Assembly (NCBI GenBank): GCA_965213675.1
Contig: OZ243916.1
Coordinates: forward strand, 3,872,001-3,936,000
Source: an uncultured Candidatus Binatia bacterium
Lineage (GTDB): Bacteria > Desulfobacterota > Binatia > UBA9968 > JAJDTQ01
DNA: 64,000 nt
Direction of reading: 5' to 3'
The notes beneath the pieces are model-generated. The model saw only the letters and a program-made list of their open reading frames with translations. It made no database searches and had not been told where the DNA came from. The translations under genes and the position numbers were made by a program. Positions 40,513 to 51,101 of this stretch are shown here, piece after piece. Position 1 is the first letter of the stretch, and every line of letters begins with the position of its first letter.

Positions 40513-40789
40513 TTGTTCTTGCCCTGAGCTGGACCGCCGCAGGTGATGCCGGGCGACGAATTCGCTCCTGGTTTGCCTCGCCCGCACGGGTCCGTGGTCC
40601 GGACTGAATGCGCGCTTCAGGCCAGGGACACCATGATCAATGCGCTCTTCGACTGTGCTTCGCGAAGCCTGTGTCGTGTCTGTCGAAGGGCGCCAATCTT
40701 TCCGGGCGGCGGTTGATCGGAGTTTCCCCAGCCTGGCGGCTCCGGCCAAGCCCATGACTTGACACAGGGCGCGCCACTGCTCGCATGGA

Positions 40790-42109
40790 TCAGAGTTTCC
40801 CCTGTCCCATGGCTCCGGCCTCCGCCGGCAGGCGCGGTCTCCGTATCGTCAGCGTCAGCACGGATGACACCAGCAGCATGCCGATGAACAGGTAGAAGGA
40901 GATCGCGTAGGATCCGGTGTAGTCGTTCACGAAACCGAAGAAGGGCGGCCCGCACACGCCGCACAGCAGGACTATCTGAAGCGCGGCGCCACGGACGGTA
41001 CCCAGCGAAACCCGGCCGAAGTAGTTGGCCCACATGACTTCCTCCAGCACCTGGGCGCCGCCAAGCCCCAGTCCATAGAAGAAGAAACCGAGGTAGATGG
41101 CCGAGAGGTCCTGTGCGTTCGCTGCCAGGTAAAGACCGGCGGCCTCCACCAGAAACAGGAGGGAAACGACCTTGCGGACGCTCACCCGCTCGCCGACGAA
41201 ACCCCACAGCAAGCCGGAGGTCGCTTGCGTGCCGGCGATCACGGTCATGGTCAGAGCGGCCTGGACCTGGCCGAATCCCAGGTCCGATACGTAGGAGACG
41301 ACATGGAGGTTCAGGCCGGTGATGCCCACATCCACCATGCCGAAGGCGAGGATGATCAACCAGAACGTGGACGTACGCCGCACCTGTTGCCGGGTCCAGC
41401 GGACTTCCGGTTCCTGCGCGCCCCCGTCGCCGGCTCGCCGTTCCTGTCCTGCGCCCGGGCGCCCCATGGGGTCGCCGCCCCCGTCGGGCTGAAGCCCCAT
41501 GTCCTCCGGGCTTCGGCGCATGAAGATGGCCACCGGTATGACCGCCAGCACCACCACCAGCCCGCCGAACAGGGTCCACACTTGGCGCCAGGCGATGAAC
41601 GTCAGCAACCAGCCCACCACCGCGGAGATGGTTATCTTGGCGATGCCGTGCCCCAGATGGGAAATGGCCAGGGCGCGCCCCCGCATCCGCACAAACCACC
41701 GGGCCACGGTGACGTTCACCACGAAGTAACACACCAGCGCGTGGCCCACGGCCAACAGGGTGACGCGTACGGAGGCGAACTCCCAGAACGAAGCCGCCTG
41801 CCCGAGCAGCAGAAATCCGACGGCCGAGAGGACCGCGCCGGCAACCATCATGCGCCGCGGTCCGTATTGGTCCAGCTTGGCTCCGATCCACGGCGCCATG
41901 AGGGCGTACAGGAGGTGCTCGCCCGAGCGCAGGAGCGAGAAAACGCCTCGGGAAACGCCGAGATCGGTGGTGACGGGTTTCAGGAAGACGCTCAGGGTGC
42001 TGGATAGAAAGAAGGCGCAGGAGATGTTGGTCAGAAAACCGGCGCCGACGATGTACCAGCCATGGAAAAGGCGCGGTTTCCTGGCGGGATACGTGGAATC
42101 AGCGGTCAC
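40790..42109 (-). CDS. MFS transporter, close paralogue of 39235-40512
   Basis: FHGWYIV, GAKLDQYGPRR and WANYFGR.SLGTVRG shared with the neighbour. Confidence 0.9.
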   Translation of the reverse strand: MTADSTYPARKPRLFHGWYIVGAGFLTNISCAFFLSSTLSVFLKPVTTDLGVSRGVFSLLRSGEHLLYALMAPWIGAKLDQYGPRRMMVAGAVLSAVGFLLLGQAASFWEFASVRVTLLAVGHALVCYFVVNVTVARWFVRMRGRALAISHLGHGIAKITISAVVGWLLTFIAWRQVWTLFGGLVVVLAVIPVAIFMRRSPEDMGLQPDGGGDPMGRPGAGQERRAGDGGAQEPEVRWTRQQVRRTSTFWLIILAFGMVDVGITGLNLHVVSYVSDLGFGQVQAALTMTVIAGTQATSGLLWGFVGERVSVRKVVSLLFLVEAAGLYLAANAQDLSAIYLGFFFYGLGLGGAQVLEEVMWANYFGRVSLGTVRGAALQIVLLCGVCGPPFFGFVNDYTGSYAISFYLFIGMLLVSSVLTLTIRRPRLPAEAGAMGQGKL

Positions 42110-42352
42110 GGTGCATGTATCTTTCCTCGGCGCGCGGCAAGCCGCGGGTGCGACAACGGTCGGCCCTGCGGCGGGCCACCGCAATCGGCTCAGGCAGATT
42201 TACTAGGCAATCGGCTCCCCGGAGTCAATCGTTGGTGGGGCGTCCGTGGGAGCGGGGCCGGCGCCGTTCGATTCCGCTTCACGAAGTCTGGCCTCGCCGG
42301 AGCCCGCTGTCGCCATGGATCCGAGGTTCTTTGGGAGTCTGACGGGAGGCGC

Positions 42353-43603
42353 CTATCCCCCGGGCCGGCTTTCCGGCCACAACCGCCGGTCGAAGCGGCG
42401 CATCCAGTCGAGGCTCGTAACCCAAACCGCCAGGACCGAGACGATCAGGAGTCCGTTGGCCACGCTGAAGGATGCGAAATAATTCCCCGTGAGATCGTGC
42501 AGCGCGCCCCCCAGCCAGGCGCCCATGGCTCCGCCGAAGCCCACGCTGGCGACGGAGAGGCCGAAGATGGTCCCGAAGCCCCTGCCGGCGAAGATGTCGG
42601 CGGTAATGGCGGAGAGGATCACGGCGCGCGAGCCGAAGGCGATGCCGAAGCCGCCCACGTAAACGTAAAGCAGCCACGGGTGAGCCGTGTCCGCAGCCAT
42701 CATGAGGGCGGTGACCCCGACGGACGCGCACAGGACGTTGAGAGTGTAGGCCGTGGTCTTCGTCAGGGTGTCCGCGATGTAGCCGAAGGTGACCCGGCCG
42801 GCGGCGCTGACAAACGCCATGACGCCGAATACCCCCGCGGCCCAGATGTGTCCGTAGCCGATGTCCACCACGTGGGCCACCTGATGGGTGATGACCAGCA
42901 CCGTGCCGATGGACCCCAGCATCCGCGAGATGAACAGGCTCCAGAACTGGAGGCTTCGCAACGCCAGGCGAACCGACCATTGGCCGGCGTCCGTGCCGCC
43001 GCCGCTTCTCACCGGCGGCCGCGCGTCGTCCGGACTGGGGCGGTAGGTGCTCCACACCAGGGGTAGCACGGCGATGACGATGGCCGCCGCCAGCGCCTGG
43101 AACACCCGCGGCCAGCCCCACAACGAGATCAGCCACTGACAGAGGGGGGAAAGGATGAGGGTCCCCACTCCCACCGCCCCGTAGACAATGCCCAGCACCA
43201 GCCCCCGGCGCGTGGGGAACCACTCCGACACCACCACCACGTGGGGCACCACCCCGCTGGCCGCGAATCCCAGGGACATCACCACACCGAAGTAGAGGTA
43301 GAGCTCCCACGCGGTGCGCGCCTGGCTGCACAGCATCAGGCCGGCGGCCAGAAGCACCCCGCCCGCGGCCACCACCCGCCGTGGCCCCAGATGGTCGGTG
43401 AGCCGTCCAATGAAGGGCGACACCAGGGCATCCATCACGAGGCTGGCGGACTGAATCCCGGCGGTGACCCCGCGGCTCCGGTGGAACGTATCGAGGAGAG
43501 CCACGAAGAAGACCGGAAAGGACGTGTGCAGGCCGCGGACGAAGCCAAACGTCAGCGCGGCCGCGCCGATGAGGTGCCAGCCGTGGAAGATCTTGCGCGT
43601 CAC
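42353..43603 (-). CDS. MFS transporter
   Basis: FHGWHLI, GRLTDHLGPRR and WFPTRRG motifs. Confidence 0.9.
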   Translation of the reverse strand: MTRKIFHGWHLIGAAALTFGFVRGLHTSFPVFFVALLDTFHRSRGVTAGIQSASLVMDALVSPFIGRLTDHLGPRRVVAAGGVLLAAGLMLCSQARTAWELYLYFGVVMSLGFAASGVVPHVVVVSEWFPTRRGLVLGIVYGAVGVGTLILSPLCQWLISLWGWPRVFQALAAAIVIAVLPLVWSTYRPSPDDARPPVRSGGGTDAGQWSVRLALRSLQFWSLFISRMLGSIGTVLVITHQVAHVVDIGYGHIWAAGVFGVMAFVSAAGRVTFGYIADTLTKTTAYTLNVLCASVGVTALMMAADTAHPWLLYVYVGGFGIAFGSRAVILSAITADIFAGRGFGTIFGLSVASVGFGGAMGAWLGGALHDLTGNYFASFSVANGLLIVSVLAVWVTSLDWMRRFDRRLWPESRPGG

Positions 43604-43876
43604 GATGTCAGGTCTGTTTCCTGGTAGCCCTGGAAGCGGATGGTTCCCCTTTACTGGTGCGCCGGGGGAATGGCAAACGGCGCGCCCGAACAACGCCGGC
43701 GGCTTGCATACACGGCGCGCCGGACGGTCTGCCGTCCACGAAAAACATGCGTGGGTTTCGGCGGAGTCGCGAAGAAAATCTTGACTTGGGCGGGTTGGAT
43801 ACGTAATTTGAAAGCAATAATAAAATGGTTGGAAAAGGGAACCGGCCGCGGTCTAATAGGGAAGGACGGTACGGCG

Positions 43877-44311
43877 ATGAGGGAAGACACGAAAACTACG
43901 GAGGTTGCCGCCAAGGCCATGGCACCCGGGGAACAATCCAGGGAACGCTTGACGGCGGAGGCTTTTGATGCGCTCACGCTGTTCGATGCCGACGGTGTGG
44001 ACGCGGTCCTGTATGCGGAGACCCTTCAGCGCAAGACGCCGCTGGAGCCGGAAAAGCTCCTGCTGCTGGCTCTGCTCGACGATGCCCTCTCGTGCTATCG
44101 AAAGTACCTTTTCGCTCGGACCGCCAAGAGGCAAAAGGATTTCAGGGAAGCCGAAGAGTGGATCTTCCATGTGGATGACGGCCGTTTCGTCTCCTTCGAA
44201 ACCGTTTGCGGCATCCTGGGAATCGAGCCCAGCTATCTGCGCCGGGGCCTTCGAGAGTGGAAGACGCGGAAAGCGGCCGCACGCGCCGCCGCGCGGCCCC
44301 AGGCCGCGTAA
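43877..44311 (+). CDS. Conserved hypothetical protein (EK.LLLALLDDA...AEEWIF...SFETVCGILGIEP.YLR family)
   Basis: Typical codon usage, an AT-rich promoter-like region upstream, and a recognisable small helical family of unknown function. Confidence 0.7.
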   Translation: MREDTKTTEVAAKAMAPGEQSRERLTAEAFDALTLFDADGVDAVLYAETLQRKTPLEPEKLLLLALLDDALSCYRKYLFARTAKRQKDFREAEEWIFHVDDGRFVSFETVCGILGIEPSYLRRGLREWKTRKAAARAAARPQAA

Positions 44312-44360
44312 CGCACCATTCAGGCCCTCTTCGGAGTCTGTGCGGGGATTCAGGGCGGGT

Positions 44361-46064
44361 TCAATCCCGCCCGGGTCCCCCGGGGCGGTTCGTGGAAGCC
44401 GGTAGCTCCGCGGCCTTGAACTCGGACCGGAGTTCGGACCCCAGTCTGCCCAGGCGGTAGGTGCCCCAGTCGATGAACCGGGCGCAGCCTGCCAGCCTCG
44501 GGTGCACCCTGCCGATCTCACGCCACATCTTTTGAGTGATGAGGCGGTAATCGGGATGCCCCTGAGGCAGGGTCCTCAACTCGCCGATGTGCACGGCCTC
44601 CCGCAAGTTCATCTTCATGTACCAGCGCACCCGATAGGCGAACGGCACGACGTACTGCGCTTCCCGCGGGTGGTCCGTATGGATGCGGTCGTGGACCTCC
44701 GCGGCGCGCTCCATGCAGCGCTGGTACTCTCCTTCGAATCCCGCCTCGACGATTTCCGCGGGCGTTTCGTAGCCATGGGCGGTGGTGAAGTCCTGGCGTT
44801 CCTGGGTGAGCAACCGGTGCCGCTGCATGTCCCGGTAGATGCCCAGGTTTCCGACGATATCGAACGTGTAGAACACCTGCTCCAGCGCGCGTCCGGGCTT
44901 CTCGCGCCGGTGCCGGCGGTCCTTCATGTAAGCGTCGAGCACCGCCTGCCGCCGCTCCGCCGGCATGTCCGCCGCCAACTCGCGCAACCGCAACAGGGGC
45001 TGGCGCGTGTGCGGATACAGGATAGCGGCAATGACCCGTTCCTCCGCCTGATCGTCGTAGTCCACCAGGGTCACGGGAGCCTCCGGCTCCAGGGGACCGC
45101 TCCCTGGCGCGGCACTGGCCGCGAGTTCCCGGGCCAGGGCCCGTGTCCGCCTGAAGGTGTCCGACAGGTACGCGCTCGGCTGCGCCCGCTTCACGAAGGA
45201 CGGGATCAGTTCGTCGAGTTCCCGGCGCATGCCCGCGCCAAGCTCGCGCAGTTCCGCGAGGTCGCTGGAGTAGCACTTCGTTAGAAGGTACTCGAAGGCC
45301 TGGCCGACGCCGAAGAGTCCCACGTTGGTGCGAGTCGCCGCCGGCAGATAGCCTCGCAGGATGTCGCACGCATGGGCGCGTACGGTGGAGCGGTAGGCGC
45401 TCTCCGCCCACTTGGCGAGCTTTTCGTCCTTGCGCGCCTCGGCATAGGAGACCGGCGCCCCGGTGCGCGGGTTGCGCAACTCGATCTGCTCCAACGGCAG
45501 CGACCTGCGCACGTGCTCGATCATGGGTTCCATCTGCCGCGAGTACGTATCGAACAGAAGCTCCATGAGGTCGAGGTAGTCGCGCCGGTGCGGCGACGCA
45601 TCCAGGGTCGGTTCGACGCAGAACAGGTAGCGCCCGCTGGCGTCCTTGCGGTCGAAGCGCACGTAGCGCGTGGACTTCTCCAACGGCGCCATGCCGACGC
45701 GGGCGTCCTCCAGGTGCTTGGCCGCCACGTTGGAGATGTCCTCGCAGGCGACATGGGCGCCGCCGAGTTGCGCCACCGAGTCGTCGCCGTAGCCCACGAG
45801 CACCCGCTCGTAGAAGGCGCGGGCGCGGCGCACTGCCGGGTCGTCCCGGCCCGCGGTTCGCGGCGCGTCGAGCGCGGGGCCCAGATCCGCGTCGCCGAGG
45901 AACTCGTCCAGGAACATGCGCCGGAGGTCTTTCCCCGAGCGGCTGTAGCGCGAAAAGAGCGCCCCGGCCACCTCCTGGGGCAGCCGCAGGCCGAAGACGG
46001 GCCGGTCGAGGTTGGTAAAGAAGGGCGCGAGGCGTTGTATTTCCGCGGAAGTGAAGCTGGCCAT
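44361..46064 (-). CDS. thyX: FAD-dependent thymidylate synthase, tandem two-domain type
   Basis: ALFSRYSRS, YGDDSVAQLG, EKSTRY, RDMQRHR and MNLRE...ELR...GHPDYR motifs; 567 aa. Confidence 0.85.
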   Translation of the reverse strand: MASFTSAEIQRLAPFFTNLDRPVFGLRLPQEVAGALFSRYSRSGKDLRRMFLDEFLGDADLGPALDAPRTAGRDDPAVRRARAFYERVLVGYGDDSVAQLGGAHVACEDISNVAAKHLEDARVGMAPLEKSTRYVRFDRKDASGRYLFCVEPTLDASPHRRDYLDLMELLFDTYSRQMEPMIEHVRRSLPLEQIELRNPRTGAPVSYAEARKDEKLAKWAESAYRSTVRAHACDILRGYLPAATRTNVGLFGVGQAFEYLLTKCYSSDLAELRELGAGMRRELDELIPSFVKRAQPSAYLSDTFRRTRALARELAASAAPGSGPLEPEAPVTLVDYDDQAEERVIAAILYPHTRQPLLRLRELAADMPAERRQAVLDAYMKDRRHRREKPGRALEQVFYTFDIVGNLGIYRDMQRHRLLTQERQDFTTAHGYETPAEIVEAGFEGEYQRCMERAAEVHDRIHTDHPREAQYVVPFAYRVRWYMKMNLREAVHIGELRTLPQGHPDYRLITQKMWREIGRVHPRLAGCARFIDWGTYRLGRLGSELRSEFKAAELPASTNRPGGPGRD

Positions 46065-46307
46065 TATATCCTGCAACTTTGCCGTTTGGGTGTACCTACC
46101 GCATGTGGTGGTGCCCGTTGTCCTTTTTCTTCATTTTTTCAATATGTTACATTGCACATCCCGATGTGCGCGGGTTTGCATGTCCAACGACATGCGCTGA
46201 CTCCCACTACCTCTGAATTGATTACTGTCGATTGCGTGGCCATGACGGATCGGCTGTGCTCCTCTCCGGTTGCCCGAATGAAATCATGGGCCGGGACCCG
46301 AGACCGG

Positions 46308-47506
46308 TGAAGCGCCGCCCATGCCCCGACAAGCTTACCAAACGCGCCGTTGATGCACTGTCGGTCGAATCCGGCGATCCCGTGGTGTGGGACCGCGACC
46401 TGCCTGGCTTCGGCATAGCATCTACGCCTCCGGACGCAAGGTCTAGTGCGTCCAGACACGCGGTCCTGCGGGCGGGCCGAAGCGCTTCGCCCTCGGCCGC
46501 TACGGAGAAATGGCGCCGGACGAGGCTCGGCGCAAGGCGGCGACCGTGATTGACTGCATCAAGCGCGGCCTCGATCCGGAACCGGCACAGACCGCTCCCG
46601 AGCCCACCGTTGCCGAACTCGCCGAGCGCTCCGTGGAGGCCCATGTCCGGGTGAACTGCCGCCCGGGGACGGTGGAAGCCTTTGAGCGGTTGTTGCGGCT
46701 GTATGTCGTGCCGGAGTTGGGGAACCTGCGGCTCTCGGTGGTGGACCGCCCGCAGGTCCTGGCTCTGTACCACAAGTTGCGCGACAAGCCCTATCAGGCG
46801 AACCAGGCGGTGACGGTGCTTGCCAGGATGTTCCGCCTTGCCGAGGCCTGGGGCATGACGCCGCCGCGGCGCAATCCGTGCCGGTCGGTGCGGCGCTACA
46901 GGGAGAACCGCTGCGAGCGGTTCCTCACGCCTGGGGAGTACCGCAAGCTCGGCGGCGTGCTCGCCGAGGCGGATGCCGACGGCTCGGTGTTTCCGTCCGC
47001 CATCGCGGCGATCCATTTGCTGCTACTTACCGGCTGCCGAAGGAACGAAATCGTGACGCTCAGGTGGGATGACGTGGACCGGACCGCCGGAGATCTGCAC
47101 ATCCGCGACGGCAAGGCGGGGCATCGCCGTGTGCCGCTGACTCCGGCGGTGGAAGTGGCGCTCCAACGCATCCCGCGCATCGAAGGCAACCCGTGGGTGA
47201 TTACCGGGCAGAAGGCCGGGGACCCTCAAGAACCTCGACGCGGTCTGGCTGCGGCTGCGCGAGCGGGCGGGGCTGCATGGCGTACGGATTCATGACTGCC
47301 GGCATTCGTTCGCCTCCAGAGCGCTCGCTTTGGGCGAAGGATTGCCGATGATCCGGAGGCTGCTCGGTCACGCCCGGGTGGAAACCACCGCGCGGTATGC
47401 GCATCTGGCCCGGGACTCGGTGCGTGAGTCCGCCATCCGCATCTCCGACAGCATCGCGGCCGATCTCTGGAAGGGATACGTCCGGAAAGAAGACGCCCGC
47501 GCGTGA
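46308..47506 (+). pseudogene. Tyrosine recombinase/integrase pseudogene
   Basis: KLTKRAVDAL..WDRDLPGFG, LLTGCRRNE, HDCRHSFAS and LLGH...TTARY, spread over different frames with an internal TAG. Confidence 0.88.
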
Positions 47507-47760
47507 CGCGTCACGCGCGGGGAACAATCGTTTCGGTCGTGCGAGGAACCCCGGTATCAGATCGATGCCGACGCTGGATGCCAGCAACAGCGACGGAGCC
47601 AGCAGAGCCGCGAGAAACGCCGCCGCAACCAGTCGATCGGCAAGCTCTCCCCCAGAACCCCTGGGTGATCGTGGGAAAGAAGCTGGACATGCATCCCGCG
47701 AACGACAGTGATCCGTGGCTTGCCCGGCATGAGTGACCGTGATGGTCGCCCTCACGATCC

Positions 47761-47979
47761 TTACTCGAATTGCGAGCGAGGTACGCCCGACTGGCGGACG
47801 ATCGACAGCAGTGTGCCGGCGCGCTATTCTCGGTGATCCGGTACCGGAACCGTGACCGTACCGTCGGCATCGGCCTTCTGCATCGCGATGTGACTGCCGC
47901 GTAGTCGGACTTCGACGAAGCCGTGCGCGGCGAGAATGCGGCAGACATCCCGTCCCGAAGGGACGCGCAGCCTAGCCAA
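47761..47979 (-). pseudogene. hicA: HicA toxin with in-frame TAG (not in the ORF track)
   Basis: MARLRVPSGRDVCRILAAHGFVEVRLRGSHIAMQKADADGTVTVPVPDHRE*RAGTLLSIVRQSGVPRSQFE. TAG at 47824-47826. Confidence 0.85.
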
Positions 47980-48193
47980 CCGCAACCTCAATCTGCGTCA
48001 CATATATCTCGTCGCGAACGCGTCGACCGACTTCCTCGGCGGTTGCAGCCTCGAAGAACAAAGCAAGCGCCTCGGCAAGATTGTCGCGTGCCTCTGCGAC
48101 GGTTCCGCCCTGGCTTGCGACATCGACCTCCGGGCAGAGGGCCACATAGCCGTCATCCTCACGTTCCACAACTGCGGTTAAGCGTATGTTCAT
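47972..48193 (-). CDS. hicB: HicB-family antitoxin
   Basis: LTAVVEREDDGYVALCPEVDVASQGGTVAEARDNLAEAL, with a GGAGG RBS. Confidence 0.9.
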   Translation of the reverse strand: MNIRLTAVVEREDDGYVALCPEVDVASQGGTVAEARDNLAEALALFFEAATAEEVGRRVRDEIYVTQIEVAVG

Positions 48194-48277
48194 TCCATGC
48201 CTCCCGTCGTCAAAGGACCGTTTGGCTTCTGCATCGGTCCGCACGAAGCCGGACAATGATCTCTCGCGCCGGAAGCC

Positions 48278-48658
48278 TCATCGTGATGCTCCCCTGCGTC
48301 CAAGTATACGCTGAATCACCGTTGGGTGTATTTCGGCCTGCCCGTCGTGGTTCGTCAACGCGGACCGGACGTTGACCACAAGGGATCTATGAGCTGGTCC
48401 CACTTCGTTGGACAGGTAGGCGGTAGAGATAGGGTGTATTCCGGTGTAATGGATCATGCCGCCCGGGTCCTGCGAGGGGGTCCATTGGACTCCCTGCCGC
48501 GTCGCCGTGGCGCTGTATTCGGCCAAATCGATGACCTTGGCGATTTCTCCGACCACCTCCGTATGACGAAGGACTTCCAACGCCGTTTTCTTGTCGCTCC
48601 CCGAACAGGCAGTCAACAAGAACAGGAGCATAACGGCAACGCGCCACATGGAGGACAT
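48278..48658 (-). CDS. Hypothetical lipoprotein
   Basis: LTAC lipobox after a hydrophobic stretch, with an AGGGG RBS. Confidence 0.55.
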   Translation of the reverse strand: MSSMWRVAVMLLFLLTACSGSDKKTALEVLRHTEVVGEIAKVIDLAEYSATATRQGVQWTPSQDPGGMIHYTGIHPISTAYLSNEVGPAHRSLVVNVRSALTNHDGQAEIHPTVIQRILGRRGASR

Positions 48659-48960
48659 CCCCCTTTCTCCAGCCGGGAATGTCGAGTTTCTCCGGTGACC
48701 TCGGTGAATCGGCCAGCATTGGCATAGTGACGATCACGGTGCAAGACTGCCCGTCGTAGCGGACGCACGGCGCCGCAGTCATCCGCGACCCCGGCGGCAC
48801 AAGCATGGAGGATGGGAGGACCTCCGTTGGGGAAGAACGAAGTTTGGGTACCTGCGGCCGTGGCCATGCGCCCGGTGGCATGAGTCCCGGGGTGGAGAAC
48901 ACGCGTCCTTCGGGGGCTGGCTCCCGTCAGGACGTCGGCGCACGGAACAGGGGAAACGGG

Positions 48961-50208
48961 ATGAAGTCTTTTGGTCTATTGTTCGTTCTGCTTATCCTGC
49001 TTGTGCAAGGCGGGGCCTTCGCCCGGACGAGCGTCGTCCTCGAAAGCTGGAGAGAGGACGACCGCGCCATCTGGGAGGAGAAGTTGATACCGGCCTTCGA
49101 GGCAGGCCACCCGGATATAGAGGTGCGGTTCAGGCCGACGGCGCCCGCCGGCTATGATGCGGCCTTGAGCGCCCGGCTTGATGCGGGCGCCGCGGGGGAC
49201 CTGATCACGTGTCGTCCATTCGACGCGTCCCTGGCTCTGTACGAAGCCGGGCGCCTCGCCGAACTCGACGACCTGCCTGGTTTGGCGAGTTTCTCGAGTA
49301 CGGCAAAATCAGCTTGGCAGACGGATGACGGTTCGGCGACCTTCTGCGTGCCGGTGGCATCCGTGATCCACGGGTTTCTCTACAACCGGGACGCGTTCGG
49401 TAAACTCGGTCTCGATCCACCCGAAACGGAAGCCGCGTTTTTCGCGGTCCTTGAAAGAATCCGGGAAGACGGCTCCTGGGTCCCGATGGCGATGGGCCTC
49501 CACGACCGCTGGGAAGCCGCGACCATGGGTTACAACAACATCGGGCCGACCTATTGGAAGGGGGAGGAAGGCCGTCGCGCCCTGGTCGCCGGCCGGCAGA
49601 AGCTGACCGACGAGCCTTGGGTTGCCCCCTACCGGACACTGGCCCGGTGGCGCCGTTATCTGGGAGACGGGTATGAGACGCGCCGCTACCGGGACAGCCA
49701 GGACCTCTTCGCCCGAGGCCGCGCGGCTGTCTATCCCGCCGGGAGTTGGGAGATCGCCGGCTTCCACTCCCGCGCCGGGTTCAGCATTGGCGCTTTCAGG
49801 CCGCCCGTGCGGGAGGCGGGCGACGACTGTCATATTTCCGACCACATCGACATCGCCATTGGTCTGAACACTGCCAGTCCCAATGCGCATGCGGCGCGGG
49901 CCTTCCTGAACTGGGTCAGCTCGGCCGAGTTCGCTTCGCTCTACGCCAATGCGTTGCCTGGATTCTACCCGCTGTCGGATCATCCCGTGAAGATAGACGA
50001 CCCGCTGGCTCGCACGTTTCTGTTCTGGCGTAGCGACTGCCGTTCGACCATCCGTTCCACGTCCCGGATCCTGTCGCGGGGTACGCCGAATCTGGAACAG
50101 GAGACCTGGGATGCGTCGGTGGAAGCGATCATCGGGACGGCGACCGCCGAAGAGCTCGGCGCCCGGTTGCAAAAAGGCCTGGCAGGCTGGTACGCGCCGC
50201 AGCGATGA
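48961..50208 (+). CDS. ABC carbohydrate-type extracellular solute-binding protein (no permease genes adjacent)
   Basis: Signal peptide, IPAFEA.HPDIEV, AGDLITCRPFD and LYNRD motifs. Confidence 0.88.
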   Translation: MKSFGLLFVLLILLVQGGAFARTSVVLESWREDDRAIWEEKLIPAFEAGHPDIEVRFRPTAPAGYDAALSARLDAGAAGDLITCRPFDASLALYEAGRLAELDDLPGLASFSSTAKSAWQTDDGSATFCVPVASVIHGFLYNRDAFGKLGLDPPETEAAFFAVLERIREDGSWVPMAMGLHDRWEAATMGYNNIGPTYWKGEEGRRALVAGRQKLTDEPWVAPYRTLARWRRYLGDGYETRRYRDSQDLFARGRAAVYPAGSWEIAGFHSRAGFSIGAFRPPVREAGDDCHISDHIDIAIGLNTASPNAHAARAFLNWVSSAEFASLYANALPGFYPLSDHPVKIDDPLARTFLFWRSDCRSTIRSTSRILSRGTPNLEQETWDASVEAIIGTATAEELGARLQKGLAGWYAPQR

Positions 50209-50356
50209 ACGAGAGACGAGGGAAAAACGCGGTGACACGCGCCCGCGGCCACGCGCATCCCCTCGCCGTGCCTCTGATGATACCGCCCGCTATTCTGGGG
50301 TTCTGCGCGGTCGGTGGCAAGGTTCCGCGCCGCTTGCGTTGGTCGAACCATGATTG

Positions 50357-50775
50357 TGCGCACCGGCATCGCCATGATCCTCGCTGACGAACTCGAAGCC
50401 GATTGGCAACGGGTCAAGAACCGGCAGGCGCCGGGCGACGAGACCAGGTTCGACCCCGCCGGCAAGGACCAGCAGAACACCGAGGGTTCGCGCAGCATCC
50501 GCCGCCACTTCGAGGTTATGCGCGAACTGGGCGCAGCCGGCCGCCACGTAATCCGCGACCGGGGCACGTTGACGAGGCGCTGGGCTCGGCCGTCCGGGTG
50601 GTTGAGGCAGAGTATTTCATGCCCTACCTTGTCCACACGCCGATGGAGCCGCCGGTCGCCTTGGCCGACGCTACCCGTATGCCTGTCAGGGTCGTGACCT
50701 CCACCCAGGCACCCAACGAGACCCGGCAGTATGTTGCGGAGGCGCTCGGCATCGAGAAGACCGAGGTCGAATGCG
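50357..50775 (+). pseudogene. Fragments of a xanthine dehydrogenase/IorB-type molybdopterin subunit
   Basis: RTGIAMILADELEADW..TEGSRSIR, and in another frame VEAEYFMPYLVHTPMEPP..STQAP. Distant parts of the protein are joined by deletions. Confidence 0.7.
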
Positions 50776-50852
50776 TATCCTTACCCTCCCCATCGGCGAT
50801 CAGCTGGAGTCCGCTTAGCACGGCTGACGACGGGGCAGGGGGCGAACGGTCC

Positions 50853-50973
50853 CTGGGAGCCTGCGCCGCAGGAATTCACGGCTGCAAATCCGCTCTCATC
50901 CGTTCCTTCGGCCGCTCGATTTCGTCAAATTTGACTTGATATTCTCCTCAATCGACCGACCGAAGGGATGGCG
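50853..50973. mobile_element. MITE family B, truncated copy 3
   Basis: Matches 22591-22710 and lacks the second end. Confidence 0.8.
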
Positions 50974-51101
50974 TTGCGGAAGCGCTGCCGGTTGCGGAAG
51001 CCACGTGAGCCGGGCAGGGAGCGTTGTGTTCGGCCCTCGTCCTCTGGCACACTGGACCCTGGCCCGAACAGGAGTCAGTGACGACACGCGGGGTTTCATC
51101 C

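Noticed and set aside
25019-47979. Repeated in-frame TAG codons (KwaA-like gene x2, precursor 2, integrase, hicA) suggesting amber recoding
   Set aside because: The expected residues differ (Leu, Trp, Tyr), each is one mutation from TAG, most of the genes have other lesions, core genes end in TAG, and prfA is intact.
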